From NCBI RefSeq assembly GCF_006345805.1, contig NC_043020.1, positions 3,348,001 to 3,412,000 of the forward strand: a stretch of DNA of 64,000 bases. The letters run 5' to 3'. Both the position numbers and the translations under genes were made by a program. Of the stretch, positions 13,101 to 26,586 are shown in pieces (positions within the stretch are counted from its first letter, which is position 1; the number at the start of each line of letters is the position of its first letter). The notes below the pieces were generated by a model. It had not been told where the DNA came from. It was given only the letters and a program-made list of their open reading frames with translations, and did not search any database. This DNA comes from Octopus sinensis (lineage: Eukaryota).

Positions 13101-13940
13101 TGGTCTGATCAATAAGTATCTGGACTGTTGCTATAGTAACGAAGCTTGGCACAGACTGACCTTGAACTCTGCTGTGCTTCACACTAAGTTTTAACATTCA
13201 AGCGCTCTTCCGCTGTTTACAGCAGTGCCTGGAAGGAAGGTGTGTCGCGTGTGATCACCACATTGATCATGACAGAGAAAGTTGAGTAGAATTTTGTCAA
13301 AAGCTTAGCAATACCTGCTCAGAGGCCTACACAAAGGTTTCAAAAAGTTTTCATCGTTCTTGACACAATCAGGCAGATGTTGTGTGACTGAAACCCAAGT
13401 GTCTTTTTGGTCAGTTGAAAGCAGTTTTGGCACAAACTTGGCAGACATGCGTTTCATACCCAAATCTTCAGTGATAATGGATTGAATTGAACTGAAACTA
13501 TTCTGCACATCCTCCGATAACTCGCAGATGATGATTCAAATATTTCCCCTCACAGCTGTGATGTTTTTCTGAGTTCTGCTGGTTGCAGGTCTCCCAGAAT
13601 GTTCGTCAGTATCAACATTTTCTCAGCCATCTCGGAAACGTCTGAACCACTTGTACGCTTGTGTACGGCTTATACACTCCTCTCCATACACTTTCTACAA
13701 CTTTGTGTAGGATTCTGAGCAGATATTGCCATGACAACTTTCTCTTTGATGGTCAATGCAATGATCACATGCTACACACCTTCCTTCCAAGCACTGCTGT
13801 AAAAAGCAGAAGTGAGGTAGAACATAAAAATTTAATGCACAGCAGAGTGAAAGGTCAATTTGTGCCAAGCGGCTTCACTCTGTGTGCTTTAGCTTCATTA
13901 CTATGGCAACAGTCCGGATACTTATTGATCAGACATCGTA
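13101..13940. mobile_element. Defective mariner element with TIRs
   Basis: TIR GTCTGATCAATAAGTATCYGGACTGTTGC at both ends. Remnant IITEDLGMKRMSAKFVPKLLSTDQK on the - strand. Confidence 0.85.
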
Positions 13941-13980
13941 TATATACATATATGCTTGTAAATGAATACATAAAAATATG

Positions 13981-14015
<35 letters not shown>

Positions 14016-14042
14016 CTTTGTGTGTGTGTGTGTGTGTGTGTC

Positions 14043-14085
<43 letters not shown>

Positions 14086-14408
14086 GTGTGCGTGTGTGTG
14101 TGTGTATATATATATATACACATATGAATATGCATAAATATAGAAACGTATAGATATGTATGCATCTGTGTAAATAATCACAAATATTACAGATAAAATC
14201 ATTCAAAATGCAAAAATTACTAACTTAAGCAAATTCGTGCAATTCTTTTCCTTCTCTTGTTTCACATTTCTCTCCTTGCCTTTCATTGTTTCCTACTTTC
14301 ATGTTATTATCATCGATCATGCGTTATTGCAGTGGTAAAAACACAAAAGGTAACTCATTCAGTGAGTTATGAACACAGTATTAAGTACCTTGTCAATTTG
14401 AGATGAAT

Positions 14409-14588
14409 TGTCAATGTTATGTACACTGTCAACATTATGGACACTGACAATATTACATTCACAGTCAATGTATGCCGTCAGTGTCGTGTTCACAGTCAAT
14501 ATTATGTACATTGTCAATGTTATGTATGTTGTCAGTGCTATGCATCTGGTCAATATTGTGTACATTGTCAATGCTACGTACACATTCA

Positions 14589-14654
<66 letters not shown>

Positions 14655-14745
14655 CACACACACACACACACACACACATACAGTCAATGTTATGTATATT
14701 GTCAATGTTATGTACACCGTCAGTGTTATTTATATACACAGTCAA
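14409..14745. repeat. Degenerate 18-bp minisatellite (GTCAATGTTATGTACATT) interrupted by (CT)n(CA)n
   Basis: About 13-14 units read directly. Confidence 0.85.
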
Positions 14746-16121
14746 TTCTTAATTGAAATATTTTTATTCCAATTGTCAATATTGGTAGGGAATTGGCAGT
14801 CGGTAAGATCACCAGATGAAATTCTTTGTAGAATGTGTTCTAGTTGAGTTGTGAATTCAAATACAGTCAAAGCCAACTTTGTCTTTCATTTTTCAGGATC
14901 GGTAAATCGGTCTCGGTTCATGGACTGAGAGAAATCTTTGAGCATCCGACGGAATGTCTTGTCATTTTGGTTCCAGTTCTTTGTGTTCTGAAATTTAATC
15001 TCACCAAGGCCATAGCTTTCTTAATTGGCAGACTTAATCCATGATCTGGTTTAATACCATCACCTGGTTCTTGGGTGCCTTTAGTAGAATTCACTGCATC
15101 GGGCCAGGGCCTCTAGTTTGAAGATTAGTTGTCCTCTTGTCTCCAGCCAATGTTTGCAGCATTTTAATGGGCCACAAAAAACTGCCCTTCTTCCTAAATA
15201 AGCAATAAAAAAGAATTTAAACTTTTACACCCAAATGTTATCATCATTATCATATAATATCCATTTCTCATGCTGGCATGGATTGGACAGTTTGACAGGA
15301 TTTTGTGAGCAACAGGGCCGCATTGTGTTCCCGGTTTCATTGGATGGGGGGTCTTCTTAATGCCAACCACTTTACAGTGTGTACTGAGTGCTTTTTGTGA
15401 GGATGCCAAATAGCTTGAAAGACAGGAAAGAACAAGAAAAGGGAAAGAGACCCTTCAACTAAGTAGGGAGAGTATTTGAAGGATGGGGAGAGGGGCTTTA
15501 TACCAGGGACAAGCAGAGGTGTTTTATATAGAGAAGATCCATGGCTACCCCACATTCTATAAAGGTAGGTAGAAATAGGTGGGAAAAAGATAAGATGGTG
15601 CTGATGAGATGCAGAGCAAACCCTGAACAGCAAGAGATGATATGGTCAGCAGATCAGGAGGGGGAAGGCAGATAGATAGATAGGTAGATAGATAGATAGA
15701 TAGATAGATAGAGTAAAGGGATAATTATAATCCTGGCTATCACCTCATTAGCAAAATATGCAGGATTATGGTTAGCATAATATTCTAAAATCAAAGAAGA
15801 TCCAGAAGACTTCAACTGGTGCTAAACGGAGCTTGACACAAATCTAAGTGAAAATCTGGTAGACTTAATAGAAACCCTGCAGAGTGAATAAGAGAAATGG
15901 TAATTCAAATGAGGAAAGGAGAAGTCAAATGGATATTACAATTATTTCCATAAATGGACAATATCTATTCCATATCTCACACAATGTTTTGCGGTTCATA
16001 CAATGCTATGTAATATCTGCCATAATATATGAGAATATGTAATAATATTCTAATGGTCCATTCACTTCTTCAGATTTCATGATTTGAAAGCATTAACAAT
16101 TAAATATATATATATATATGT

Positions 16122-16288
16122 AGGCGCAGGAGTGGCTGTGTGGTAAGTAGCTTGCTAACCAACCACATGGTTCCAGATTCAGTCCCACTGCGTGGTACCT
16201 TGGGCAAGTGTCTTCTGCTATAGCCCCAGACGGAAACTGAAAGAAGCCTGTCGTATATATGTATATATATATATATATGTGTGTGTGT

Positions 16289-16320
<32 letters not shown>

Positions 16321-16550
16321 GTGTGTATGTGTGTGTATGTGTGTGTGTTTGTGTGTGTGTGTTTGTCCCCCTAGCATTGCTTGACAACCGATGCTGGTGT
16401 GTTTACGTCCCCGTCACTTAGCGGTTCGGCAAAAGAGACCGATAGAATAAGTACTGGGCTTACAAAGAATAAGTCCCGGGGTCGATTTGCTCGACTAAAG
16501 GTGGTGCTCCAGCATGGCCGCAGTCAAATGACTGAAACAAGTAAAAGAGT
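16122..16550 (+). mobile_element. CORE-type SINE with internal (TA)/(TG) microsatellite; copies at ~19240-19620, 41570-41935, 46820-47000, 50915-51210. A second CORE family lies at ~43895-44165 and 2530-3075
   Basis: tRNA-like A/B boxes followed by ACCTTGGGCAAGTGTCTT (CORE). Confidence 0.8.
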
Positions 16551-17121
16551 AAAGAGTATTTGTATATATATAGTTGAAATTTATAGAAAAACAAAAGATG
16601 AAGACAGGTGTATGAACAACAAGCAGGTGTATTAGTTTGATGTTCAGGAAAGTGAAAAAAGTCTTTTGCGTTTTGAGCTTACGCTCTTCAGCAGAAAGGA
16701 ATAAGAGAAAATAAGAGAGAGAATGAAATAAACTTGTAGATTTAGCAGTCAAGCATGTATATATATATGAATATTGAACAATGAGAATGAGTGCCCAACA
16801 TTGCATTGGTGGATAAAGATTCTTTATTTGTGTATTAAGGCTACCATTGGTTTCTTGTTAAAGAACACCTCAATAATTATTAAGCCTATCGCATGGGATC
16901 AACATAATCTGAAATGGCGACAAACACCAATGTTCCATGTTTGATATTTGTTGAGGTATTCCTTGGCATGAAACCAATGGTAGCCTTAATACAGACAGAA
17001 AGTGTATATATACATACATATACATACACACACACATATATGTGTGTATGTATGTATGTATGTATATATGCATTATGTATATGAGTGTATGTGTACATGT
17101 ATATATATATACATACACATA

Positions 17122-17170
<49 letters not shown>

Positions 17171-18457
17171 ATCATATGGATATAATATGGTACTTAACTT
17201 AAGTACCATATTCATCTGGATCTATCTATCTATCTATATATATATATATATATATATACATATGTATGTATGTATAGTATATATATATATACATACATAT
17301 ATATATGTATGTATATGTATATATATATATTAGAAGAAATGAGGTAATCAGAAGATCGGATGGTTTATATTTACAGATATTTATTTATATATTACATTTT
17401 TTACATATATATCATATCACTTAGTTCATTAGCGCTTTCTCCCATTCTAGTGGGGTTTTCAAATCAAAATACATATACATATATATATATATGTATGGCT
17501 TTAAAAAGGGCATCCAGCCGTAGAAACTGCCAGATCAGATTGGAGTCTGGTTCGCCAGCCCTCAGTCAAAATCGTCCAACCCATGCTAGCATGGAAAGCG
17601 GACTTTAAACGATGATGATGATGGTGGTCGTTAACTTAATTTCAAGCATAATAATTATCTCATTGCTGACATATATCCGAAGCAGGTCTGATGGTTATTC
17701 TGTCGTGGACCCTCAGATAACAATCTAGTAATGATTTCCTTTTATAGTTTTTGTGACAAATGTTGCTCATAATTTTACCAAGAAACTTGCTAGCAGCTCC
17801 TCTGCCCCTTGTGCATTCACCCAAAGTGGATTTCAACTCAGCAGTTGATGGACACACCTTTGGACATAATGGACAGCAGTGCTTTGTTGTGACTGTTTGA
17901 ATTATATGAATGTAAGCGTCCCATTTAGTCTCCCGGTATGTGACTGCTCATGGATAACAAGACTGGCTTTTGAATGTGTAACCTGACCACAGACAGTGCA
18001 ACTGAGACCACCTTTGAGATACTCTGGCAAACAGGGCTTCAACAGCCCTCAGTTTAAGGGCAATACATTTTGCTTCTTGCTGGGTAATTTGATATATATA
18101 CACAAACATATATATATATATATCTACACACACACATATATATGAAGAGATATAGATATATACATACATATATAGAAGCTGGTGAACTGGCAAAACCATT
18201 AGCTCACTGGGCAAAATGCTTAGTGGTATGTTGTCCATCTTTACATTCTGAGTTCAGATTCCACTGAAGTTGATTTTGCCTTTTGTCCTTTCGGGGTTGT
18301 TAAAGTAAGAACTAGTTGGACACTGGGGTTGATGTAATTAATGAATCTCCTCCCCTGAAATCGCTGGCCTTGTGCCAAAATTCGAAATCAATATATATAT
18401 ACATATATAAATACATAAGCACACACACACATATATGTATATATGTGAATGTATACA

Positions 18458-18516
<59 letters not shown>

Positions 18517-19006
18517 CTTTATTTGTTTTAGTCATTAGACTGTGGCCATGCTGGGGCACTACTTTAAACTAAAGAATGCATCTATTTCCCAAACATTCAA
18601 CCATCTAAGTACTAACTAAATGTAACACTATGTAACTTCCAAGATCAAATGAGAAGCAATGTGTATACACAAATGATTGTAACAATTTGTTTCTATACAT
18701 GTGATATATATCTTTTGAATGTGTTTTAATGTTAATACCTGGTTCTTGGGTGACTACTGCAAGGCCTCTCTGTTGGAAGCATTCAGGTTATATCTCTGGT
18801 TTCAGAATAACTTGCTTCATTCCAGAGATGTACTTGCATAGCGAGTGACTTGATCTGAGATTGTGTGCTGGAACGAAAACAGTTGCAGCATGGAAAGTGT
18901 TTATAAGCCATTTAAGAAACACACAAAAACCGTTAGATTCACTTCAACATTTAAATTTAATTTGTCAAAATATTTTCGTCGCTTTGAGACTGTGACCTGA
19001 TGAAAT

Positions 19007-19057
19007 TTTGTCAGTGAACAGATCACGGTCTCAAAGTGATGAAAATATTTTGGCAAA
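19007..19057 (+). ncRNA. Candidate minimal type-I hammerhead ribozyme with G3:C8 swapped core
   Basis: Stem I UUUGUCA/UGGCAAA, core GUGAACA+G, stem II AUCAC/GUGAU, GAAA, palindromic stem III AAUAUU, UUU triplet. Confidence 0.55.
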
Positions 19058-20996
19058 TTAAATTTAAATGTTGAAGTGAATCTAACGGTTTTTGTGTGTT
19101 TCTTAAATGGCTTATAAACACCTTCCACGCTGGAACTGTTTCATTTCCTTGTAGCAGTTTCCAAGGCCCTAAAAATGCTTATGGTCAATATGCTACCACC
19201 TACAACTAAGCCATAACATATATCAAAATATTATTTGCAGATGTGACTGTGTGGTTAAAAACTTGCTTTGCAACCAAGTGGCTTCAGGTTCAGTTCTGAG
19301 CCAACTAATTCTTTGTGAGTGAATTTGGTAGATGAAAACTATGCAGAAGCCTATTGCTCATGTATGTATGTGTGTGAGTGTGTGTGTGTCTTTGTCCTCC
19401 AACCCACCCCACTGCTTGATAACTGGTTTTGGTTTCTTTATGCCCTCATAACTTAGTGGTTCAGCAAAAAGAGACTAATAGAATAATTACCAGATTTAAA
19501 AAAATAAAAATAAGTCCTGTAGTTGATTTGTTTGACTGAAACCCTTCAAGGTGATGCACCAGCATGGCCACAGTCTGATGACTGAAACAAGTATAAAAAG
19601 ATAAAAGGGTAAAGATATATGACAAGTACTTTCCCTTAACCAAATCATTGTACATTACTGTAATAAACCTAATCATTGATACTCTCTTTTTAACCACAGG
19701 TCCTACCTCATTTTCAGTGTATTTTAACGTTTTAGCATTCAAATTTCTCTCTCAAATGTAAGGCTTATTCATTCATATTGTTTTGAATTAATCATGCATT
19801 ATCTCATAGCTTCAAGATTTTGAAGATGTGATTGTTTATTTTTAGAATGACAGTGTAGGGTAGGTGTGAGAGGCTTGATCTGGTCATTTTCAATATAAAA
19901 CAAGGTAGAATATTTGGGCCAGATATGGCTAATTTAAATGCTAAAGGGTTAATTAGTCTGTTGGTGCATCTTGCCACAGACAATACCCCCATTCTAATTA
20001 TTAAAACTACCTTGATTTAGCAAATGATGAATTTATTTTAATCATTGTAACTTCTCTTCTTTCTGGCAATACTTCATCTTAACCGTTAACGGTACCTAAC
20101 TGTAGTCTTGAAGAAATCTTCATCTTATTTCACCTACAAAAGTGGTTCTTAGTCCTTGACATTACTTCAGCTTATCATTGTCAGTACCTCTAGCCAATAT
20201 TTCAATATTAACGGTATTTCATTTTAACTATTGGTGTTCCTATTTACCTCACTTGCTCACAACTTGACCCTTATCATAATCTTAATCATGAGCTTGTACC
20301 TCAAATTGTGAACTCCTTATTGATAAAGATATTAATGGCTGTCCTATTCCTGGTGTCTTTTCTTTTAACTTTTATGTCTCAGGGACTGCGTCTTTTTCAC
20401 ATATTACCTCCTTCAAGTGTACTTCCAGTCATTTTTCTGTAGGAATGCAGCTTACATATATACACACACACACACACACACGTTTTCATGTATGTATATG
20501 AATTCCTACACATAACATACGTGTGTGTATATCAATTCTTGCATACATCAATACATATATTACATACATAAATGCATACACACACATATATACATTCTGT
20601 GTTATTCTAACTTTGAGAAACTGTAATAAATTTTTTTAAGATAAAAAGCAATATGATTGGCTGAAATTCAGTCCTGAAATCAATTCTTCAACCATTTCCA
20701 AGAAAATTTGTAAAATAAAATTTAAAAAAGCAAAAAAAAATGTACTCTAAAATGCTTCTTTTTATATCATTTTTAATTTATTCAAAATTTTATTTATTTA
20801 TTTATTTATTATGAATTTTTTTTTCTGTTAGATATTCTATATTGTACCCTTTTGCATTGTTCTTTGAAAATTGAAATCAAAGGTAAGAACAAAAATGAGT
20901 TAAAAGATGTCATATCTATCAATCTCTGGCAACAAGATATTTAGTATGTCTTTATTCTCTGGGACTTTTATAAATCTAATGGACGTTTTGTTCATC

Positions 20997-21036
<40 letters not shown>

Positions 21037-24000
21037 TTAATAATAATAACAATAAAATTAATAATAATAATAATGATGATGATGAATAATAAATAAAACA
21101 ATTCTTCAATGAAGAAAAAAAATTTTTACCTCAGTTAAATTTTCTTGTGTTTATTTTACATGTTTATTACTATTTTTTGTATTATTACATATATATATGT
21201 ATATTTATATATATGTGTATATATATGTGTATATATGTATATATATGTATGTATATATATATATGTGTGTGTGTATATATATACATATATATACACACAC
21301 ACATATATATATATATACATACATATATATACATATATACACATATATATACACATATATATAAATATACATATATATATGTACATATATATATACACAT
21401 ATATACATATATATACACACACATATATATATATATACACACATATATATATTCGGTATGTAAATATAGCCGATTAACGGTACATATATATATATATACA
21501 TATATATACACATCAACAAATCCCAAAGCTGAACACTATCGGTGGTGGTCATCCATTTGGGGGAGCCATGCTTTTCACATGGGCAACTTTATGTGGCCTG
21601 CTCCCGTGTGGGGAGTAGAAACACTCTTTTATGTGTGCTCCACAGGGCAGAACATGCAATGTTGTCTATAGCGAAGTAGAAAGAAGAACAGGTCATCACT
21701 GCAGCCGATATGGTTATAAACAGGTGATATGGAAGCATTGGCCAGACATATTCTCAAATTATGGCAGCATGACTCATGGACTCTTCCTCTTCTTTATTGG
21801 ACAATGCTGACTTTTCCAACAACAATGTTTACTCGGCCGATATCAGTGCTTGGCCAAGTTGCTCATAGAGTTAGGCTAGAAGGGCCAAGCCCCTTGTTTT
21901 TTTGTTAAGGCTGTTGGTGAGTTTTCCTAAGTTACTCCAATCTGGATCCCCAATGCAAACCTTCGGATCAACCTTCTCCAATACAGATCTCTAATGCAAC
22001 CTCATCCAATCCAGATCTTTGAGTCAACCTTCTTCACTGCAGATCTCCAATGCAAATCTTCGATGCAACCTGATCTAAACTCATTTTAAAGGAGTAAAAA
22101 ATCAATATGGATTCAACAGGTATTACATAAAGTAATCTGTAAAGAAAGATAACAAAAAAAATAAGAATGTAAATGTTGATGCTTCTTTTACTCTAGGGGT
22201 TGAAGATGAACCCTCAAAGTAATCGTTTCAAAAATGCAACAAGAATTTCTTTTCAATCTAATATATACACATACACTCAGACATGTATGTGTGTGTATAT
22301 TCTGTGATTGTAGACTACCAAAAGCACAAATTCTGCTGGGCCAGGCATGATGCAAGGCTTACAGACCACTGATGCAACTGAACCCAAGCAGTGGCAGAGT
22401 GGTACCTAAGATATCTGAAAAAGCCATTCAGAAGGCCTCAATGGTGGTGGGAAGACAATTTAGTTAAACAATTTGGACCAAGATGGAAAAGAAGGAACTG
22501 AAAGGGCATTGTGAATACTAGTCTGGTTGATACAATAATAATATACACACACACAAACACAAATATGATGTGGATAATTTCCTTCATTGTCTTAAATGCC
22601 ATTTATACAGGCAAATGCAGCTCTTCCATTGTCCGGATAAAAATAAACCAATTTTAAAAAAATATATTTCTTATAAATATTACATTGGTAGCCAAGAAGA
22701 TCTAGATTATATGACCAAAGTATACAGTCAGCTGTGATACATACTTCTACTTATATACACCAATGCCTAGGGATGCATATCAATGTTACACTTTCATAAA
22801 GGAAGCGAGCTGGCAGAACCGTTAGCATGCTGGGCGAAATGTTTAGTGGCATTTCGTCTGTCTTTACGTTCTGAGTTCAAATTCCGCCGAGGTCGACTTT
22901 GCCTTTCATCCTTTCGGGGTCGATAAATTAAATACCAGTTACGCACTGGGGTCGATGTAAACGACTTAGTCCCTTTGTCTGTCCTTGTTTACCCCCTCTA
23001 TGTTTAGCCCCTTCTGGGCAATAAAGAAATAAGAATTGTTAACACACTGGACAAAATGCTTAGCAGCATTTTGTCCTGTCTTTACATTTCTGAGTTCAAA
23101 TTCCGCTGACGTCGACTTTACTTTTCATCTATATGGGGTTGATAAAATAAGTGCCTGTTGAATACTGGAGGTTAATGTAATTGACTTGCCCCCCCACCCC
23201 TCCCGCAAATTACTGGCCTTGAGCCAAAATTTGAAACTAATGTTTCAATGCCCAGCTATGCATATTAGTAAAAGCCAGGTGGGACGTTGTGGAATGGTCG
23301 ACATTCTATAAAAGACACACATCCACACAATGACACTTTGTTTTTATGAATGTCGGAAAAATGTAGGGCTGAGTTGTCCTATTTGGGATTTTACATTAGA
23401 AACAATCAACTCTCCCACAAAATGTCCATCTTTGTGATCCCCTAAGCTACAAATCAGTATCAAGGTGCTAATTATACCAGATAATTACCAATATTGAAAC
23501 TTAAAGCTGATGACTTCTGATCCTTTCTTTACTGCAGCCAGAACTGACACTCAAATTTCCTACCAAAATATATTGAAAATTGTAGTTATGATACCTGCAC
23601 TGGTGGCACATAAAAAGCACAATCCGAACATGGCCAATGCCAGCGCCGCCTTGACTGGCTTGTGCCGGTAGCACGTAAAAAGCACCATCCGATCGTGGCC
23701 ATTGCCAGCCTCCCCTGGCACTTGTGCTGGTGGCACGTAAAAAGCACCCACTACACTCACGGAGTGGTTGGGATTAGGAAGGGCATCCAGCTGTAGAAAC
23801 ACTGCCAGATCAGACTGGAGCCTGGTGCAGCCTCCTGGCTTCCCAGACCCCGGTCGAACCGTCCAACCCGTGCTAGCATGGAAAACGGACGTTAAACGAT
23901 GATGATGATGATGATGATGATGAATGTATTCCTTAATACAAGAAAAGCAGGAGGTGGTTACATTTGGAATGCCTTTTTTCATCGTAGGTCTGTTTGGTTA

Positions 24001-24578
24001 GGACCAACCTTAGGCTAATCATTTCCACTAACAGCCACACACTAATAAATACAAACAATCAAAGCTGTATCTATGTGCAAACTTCCATTCTATTGGATCT
24101 TGCAAATAATAATTATATGCATGCATGCATGTATGTAGAAAATAAAATAAAAATGGAAATACAGAGAGCTTCTAACAATGCAGAAAGTTTCACAAAAAAC
24201 CTTTCTATTTTGAGTGCAAAGGCTTATCTTCAGAAGGAAGCAGACCAAGAAATGTACATTGTTAGAAGCTTTATTTCCCTTTTCTTTCATTTTCTACCTC
24301 TGTACTACAATGCTTCAAGGGAACAACAATGTTCTTAAAAAAATATATATATATAAAATGAAATAAGGGTAGAAATTGATATTAATCAATTAAAACCAGT
24401 GGCCTAGCATATTTAAAAAATCCGAAGATTAAAAAATTTTCTTACATACAAAATTTAGAGGATTGACCACTGAAAGTGGACAGCCTGCATGCTAGATATA
24501 GATGTCAAAATCGCTTTGGTTTTTTGCTGAATTTTTCTTGAGAACACATTCTCCGTGGAAAATGGGGATTTTGACATC

Positions 24579-24583
<5 letters not shown>

Positions 24584-24610
<27 letters not shown>

Positions 24611-25607
24611 TGTGTACAGTGCTCAGGTGCACTACAACTCATCTAAAGTGTATATATAATCAGGTGTAGTTTCGACGGATTTCGGGAAGCATGAGGGCCT
24701 TAAAGGATGCAGTGTCATGGCAGTCAACAACTGACGCAGGCAGTTTATTCCACGCTTCAGCAACCCTGAGCGTGAAAAAATGTTTCCGAAAGTCATGGGA
24801 GCTGTGTTGTTTTCTGACTTTGTAGGCATGTCCACGTGTGTTAGACACATGGAGATCAAAAAGGTGTTCAGTGTTGTTGTTGGTGAGGTGGTTGATAACC
24901 TTGTGGGTGTTTACCAAGTCCATCACCAGACGCCGGAGCTTCAGTGAATCCATGCCCAGGGAAACAAGGCGCTCAGAATATGGTAGGTGTCTGATGGAGG
25001 GTATGCGTTTGGTTGCACGTCTCTGGACAGATTCCAGGAGGTCAATGTTCTGAGCAAGATAGGGATTCCAAACTGATGATGCGAATTCCAAGTGTGGTCG
25101 TACCATAGCTGTATACAGTTTTAAATAGATGGCTGGAGAGCGGCTAACAAAAGTCTTGCTGAGTGATGCCAAGACACCCTCGGCCTTCTTGACAATTTTA
25201 GAGATATGCTTTGTCCAACGCAAATGACTGCTGACAGTGATGCCTAGGTCACGCTCGCAAGAGGATTTCTTGATATCAGTGTTGTGGAGGGAGTATGTGG
25301 ACACAGGGTTTTTTCTCCCAAAATGCATGGTGGTACACTTGTCCACAGCCAGTTTCAGTTGCCAGTCTGTGATCCATTGCTGCATTGTGTCTAGGTCTGA
25401 TTGCAGGAAAGAGTTGTAGACATCAGGATCAGTCCTCTTGATTTCAAGGTACAGCTTGATGTCGTCTGCATATTTCAATACTGTGGCATTCTTTAAATTG
25501 GCATCTATGTCATTAATGTATGCCACAAACAGGAGGGGACCAAGGACAGATCCCTGTGGTACACCCGATGACATCTCATATAGTGTAGAGTGCTGTCCTA
25601 GAACTAC
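24584..25607 (-). mobile_element. 5'-truncated CR1-clade LINE with intact RT C-terminal ORF and (ATT)n tail
   Basis: SGVPQGSVLGPLLF, YADD, RPHLEFASSVWNP, FFTLRVAEAWNKLP. Tail at 24584-24610. Decayed 3' ends of the same family at ~6685-6990 and ~8690-8940. Confidence 0.92.
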
Positions 25608-25656
25608 ATATTTAGCATACAGGCTGTCCACTTTTAGTGGTCAATCCTCTAAATTT

Positions 25657-25692
<36 letters not shown>

Positions 25693-26301
25693 ATGCAATG
25701 GGGATCAAACAGATTTTGGAAAATTAATTTGGAAGCACCTCTGTGTATTTTAGGCTAATAGGTTACTCCAAACGAATACGTAAATATTGCAGATTCTTCA
25801 AGAGGTCCATACAAAATTAAGCAGCTATTTAATAGCATCCTGTAAATCCATGTATGTATAAATGGTGTAACTGGTACCCATTGTGCGATATATCATTTAA
25901 TAAAATAAGAATGGACAACTTGAAACATCACTGTATTCATTTCAATACCCTGGTTATTTATTATCAATGTAAAATACGTAACATAACATTAAGTAATTCT
26001 GCATCATTGCATAACCACTCCATTTCATCAGGTGATATTCAGTCATCATTCTGTGAAATACAATCAATATATGAGGATAATTGTGGAATTACATAATGTT
26101 ATGTAATGTACATTGCATTAATGATAAATAACCATGCTACTGAAATGTGCATAGTGATGTTTTGAGTTATCCATTCTTTTTTGTTTACAACACACAGACA
26201 GACCCAGAAATACTTTAATAATTTTTATCACAGCAATACAAAATGAAGCCCTAGTTTTGAGGGCAATGTCCACAAGCTGCTCCAAAACAGCAGAATGGAG
26301 G

Positions 26302-26586
26302 TTATCGGACCTCTCCACCCAGTCTTTGTGCCACAGCCTGTTCAATGTTTTGATGAACCAGATTGACTTCCTGCTGAGTTAAGGTCTTTAGCAGATGGCG
26401 GTAAACAATTCTATAGCAGTGACTGTGTCTTTTCTTCTTGCTGTGGTAAAACTCGTCAACACGAAATACTTGCTCAACCATGTTGCCTCCAATTTCCCGT
26501 ACGAGTTCATAGAAGTTGTTTTCTTCGTAGTTGTCAGGAAGCCAGAAAGAGATGTCGTTGAGGCACTGCGGGAACTGACTCACAGG
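26302..26586 (-). CDS. FARS2: FARS2 last exon, ferredoxin-fold anticodon-binding domain
   Basis: PVSQFPQCLNDISFWLP..SHCYRIVYRH..LGGEVR*. CAG acceptor, TAA at 26302-26304. Confidence 0.97.
   Translation of the reverse strand, partial: PVSQFPQCLNDISFWLPDNYEENNFYELVREIGGNMVEQVFRVDEFYHSKKKRHSHCYRIVYRHLLKTLTQQEVNLVHQNIEQAVAQRLGGEVR

Noticed and set aside
12783-13194. Many long ORFs of YI/CV/TH repeats (also 17-21 kb, 47-48.7 kb, 61.4 kb)
   Set aside because: Translations of dinucleotide microsatellites; no coding signal.
21940-22075. Degenerate CAACCT..CCAAT.CAGATCT tandem units
   Set aside because: Too irregular to define a period; probably part of an old retroelement fragment.
1111-24400. Additional protein-coding gene between ERC and FARS2
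   Set aside because: No exon-like segment with a recognisable product found; all ORFs trace to repeats or TE remnants.
24447-24583. Hammerhead in the CR1-interrupted palindrome
   Set aside because: CCACTGAAAGTGG hairpin present but no CUGANGA-like core on either strand.
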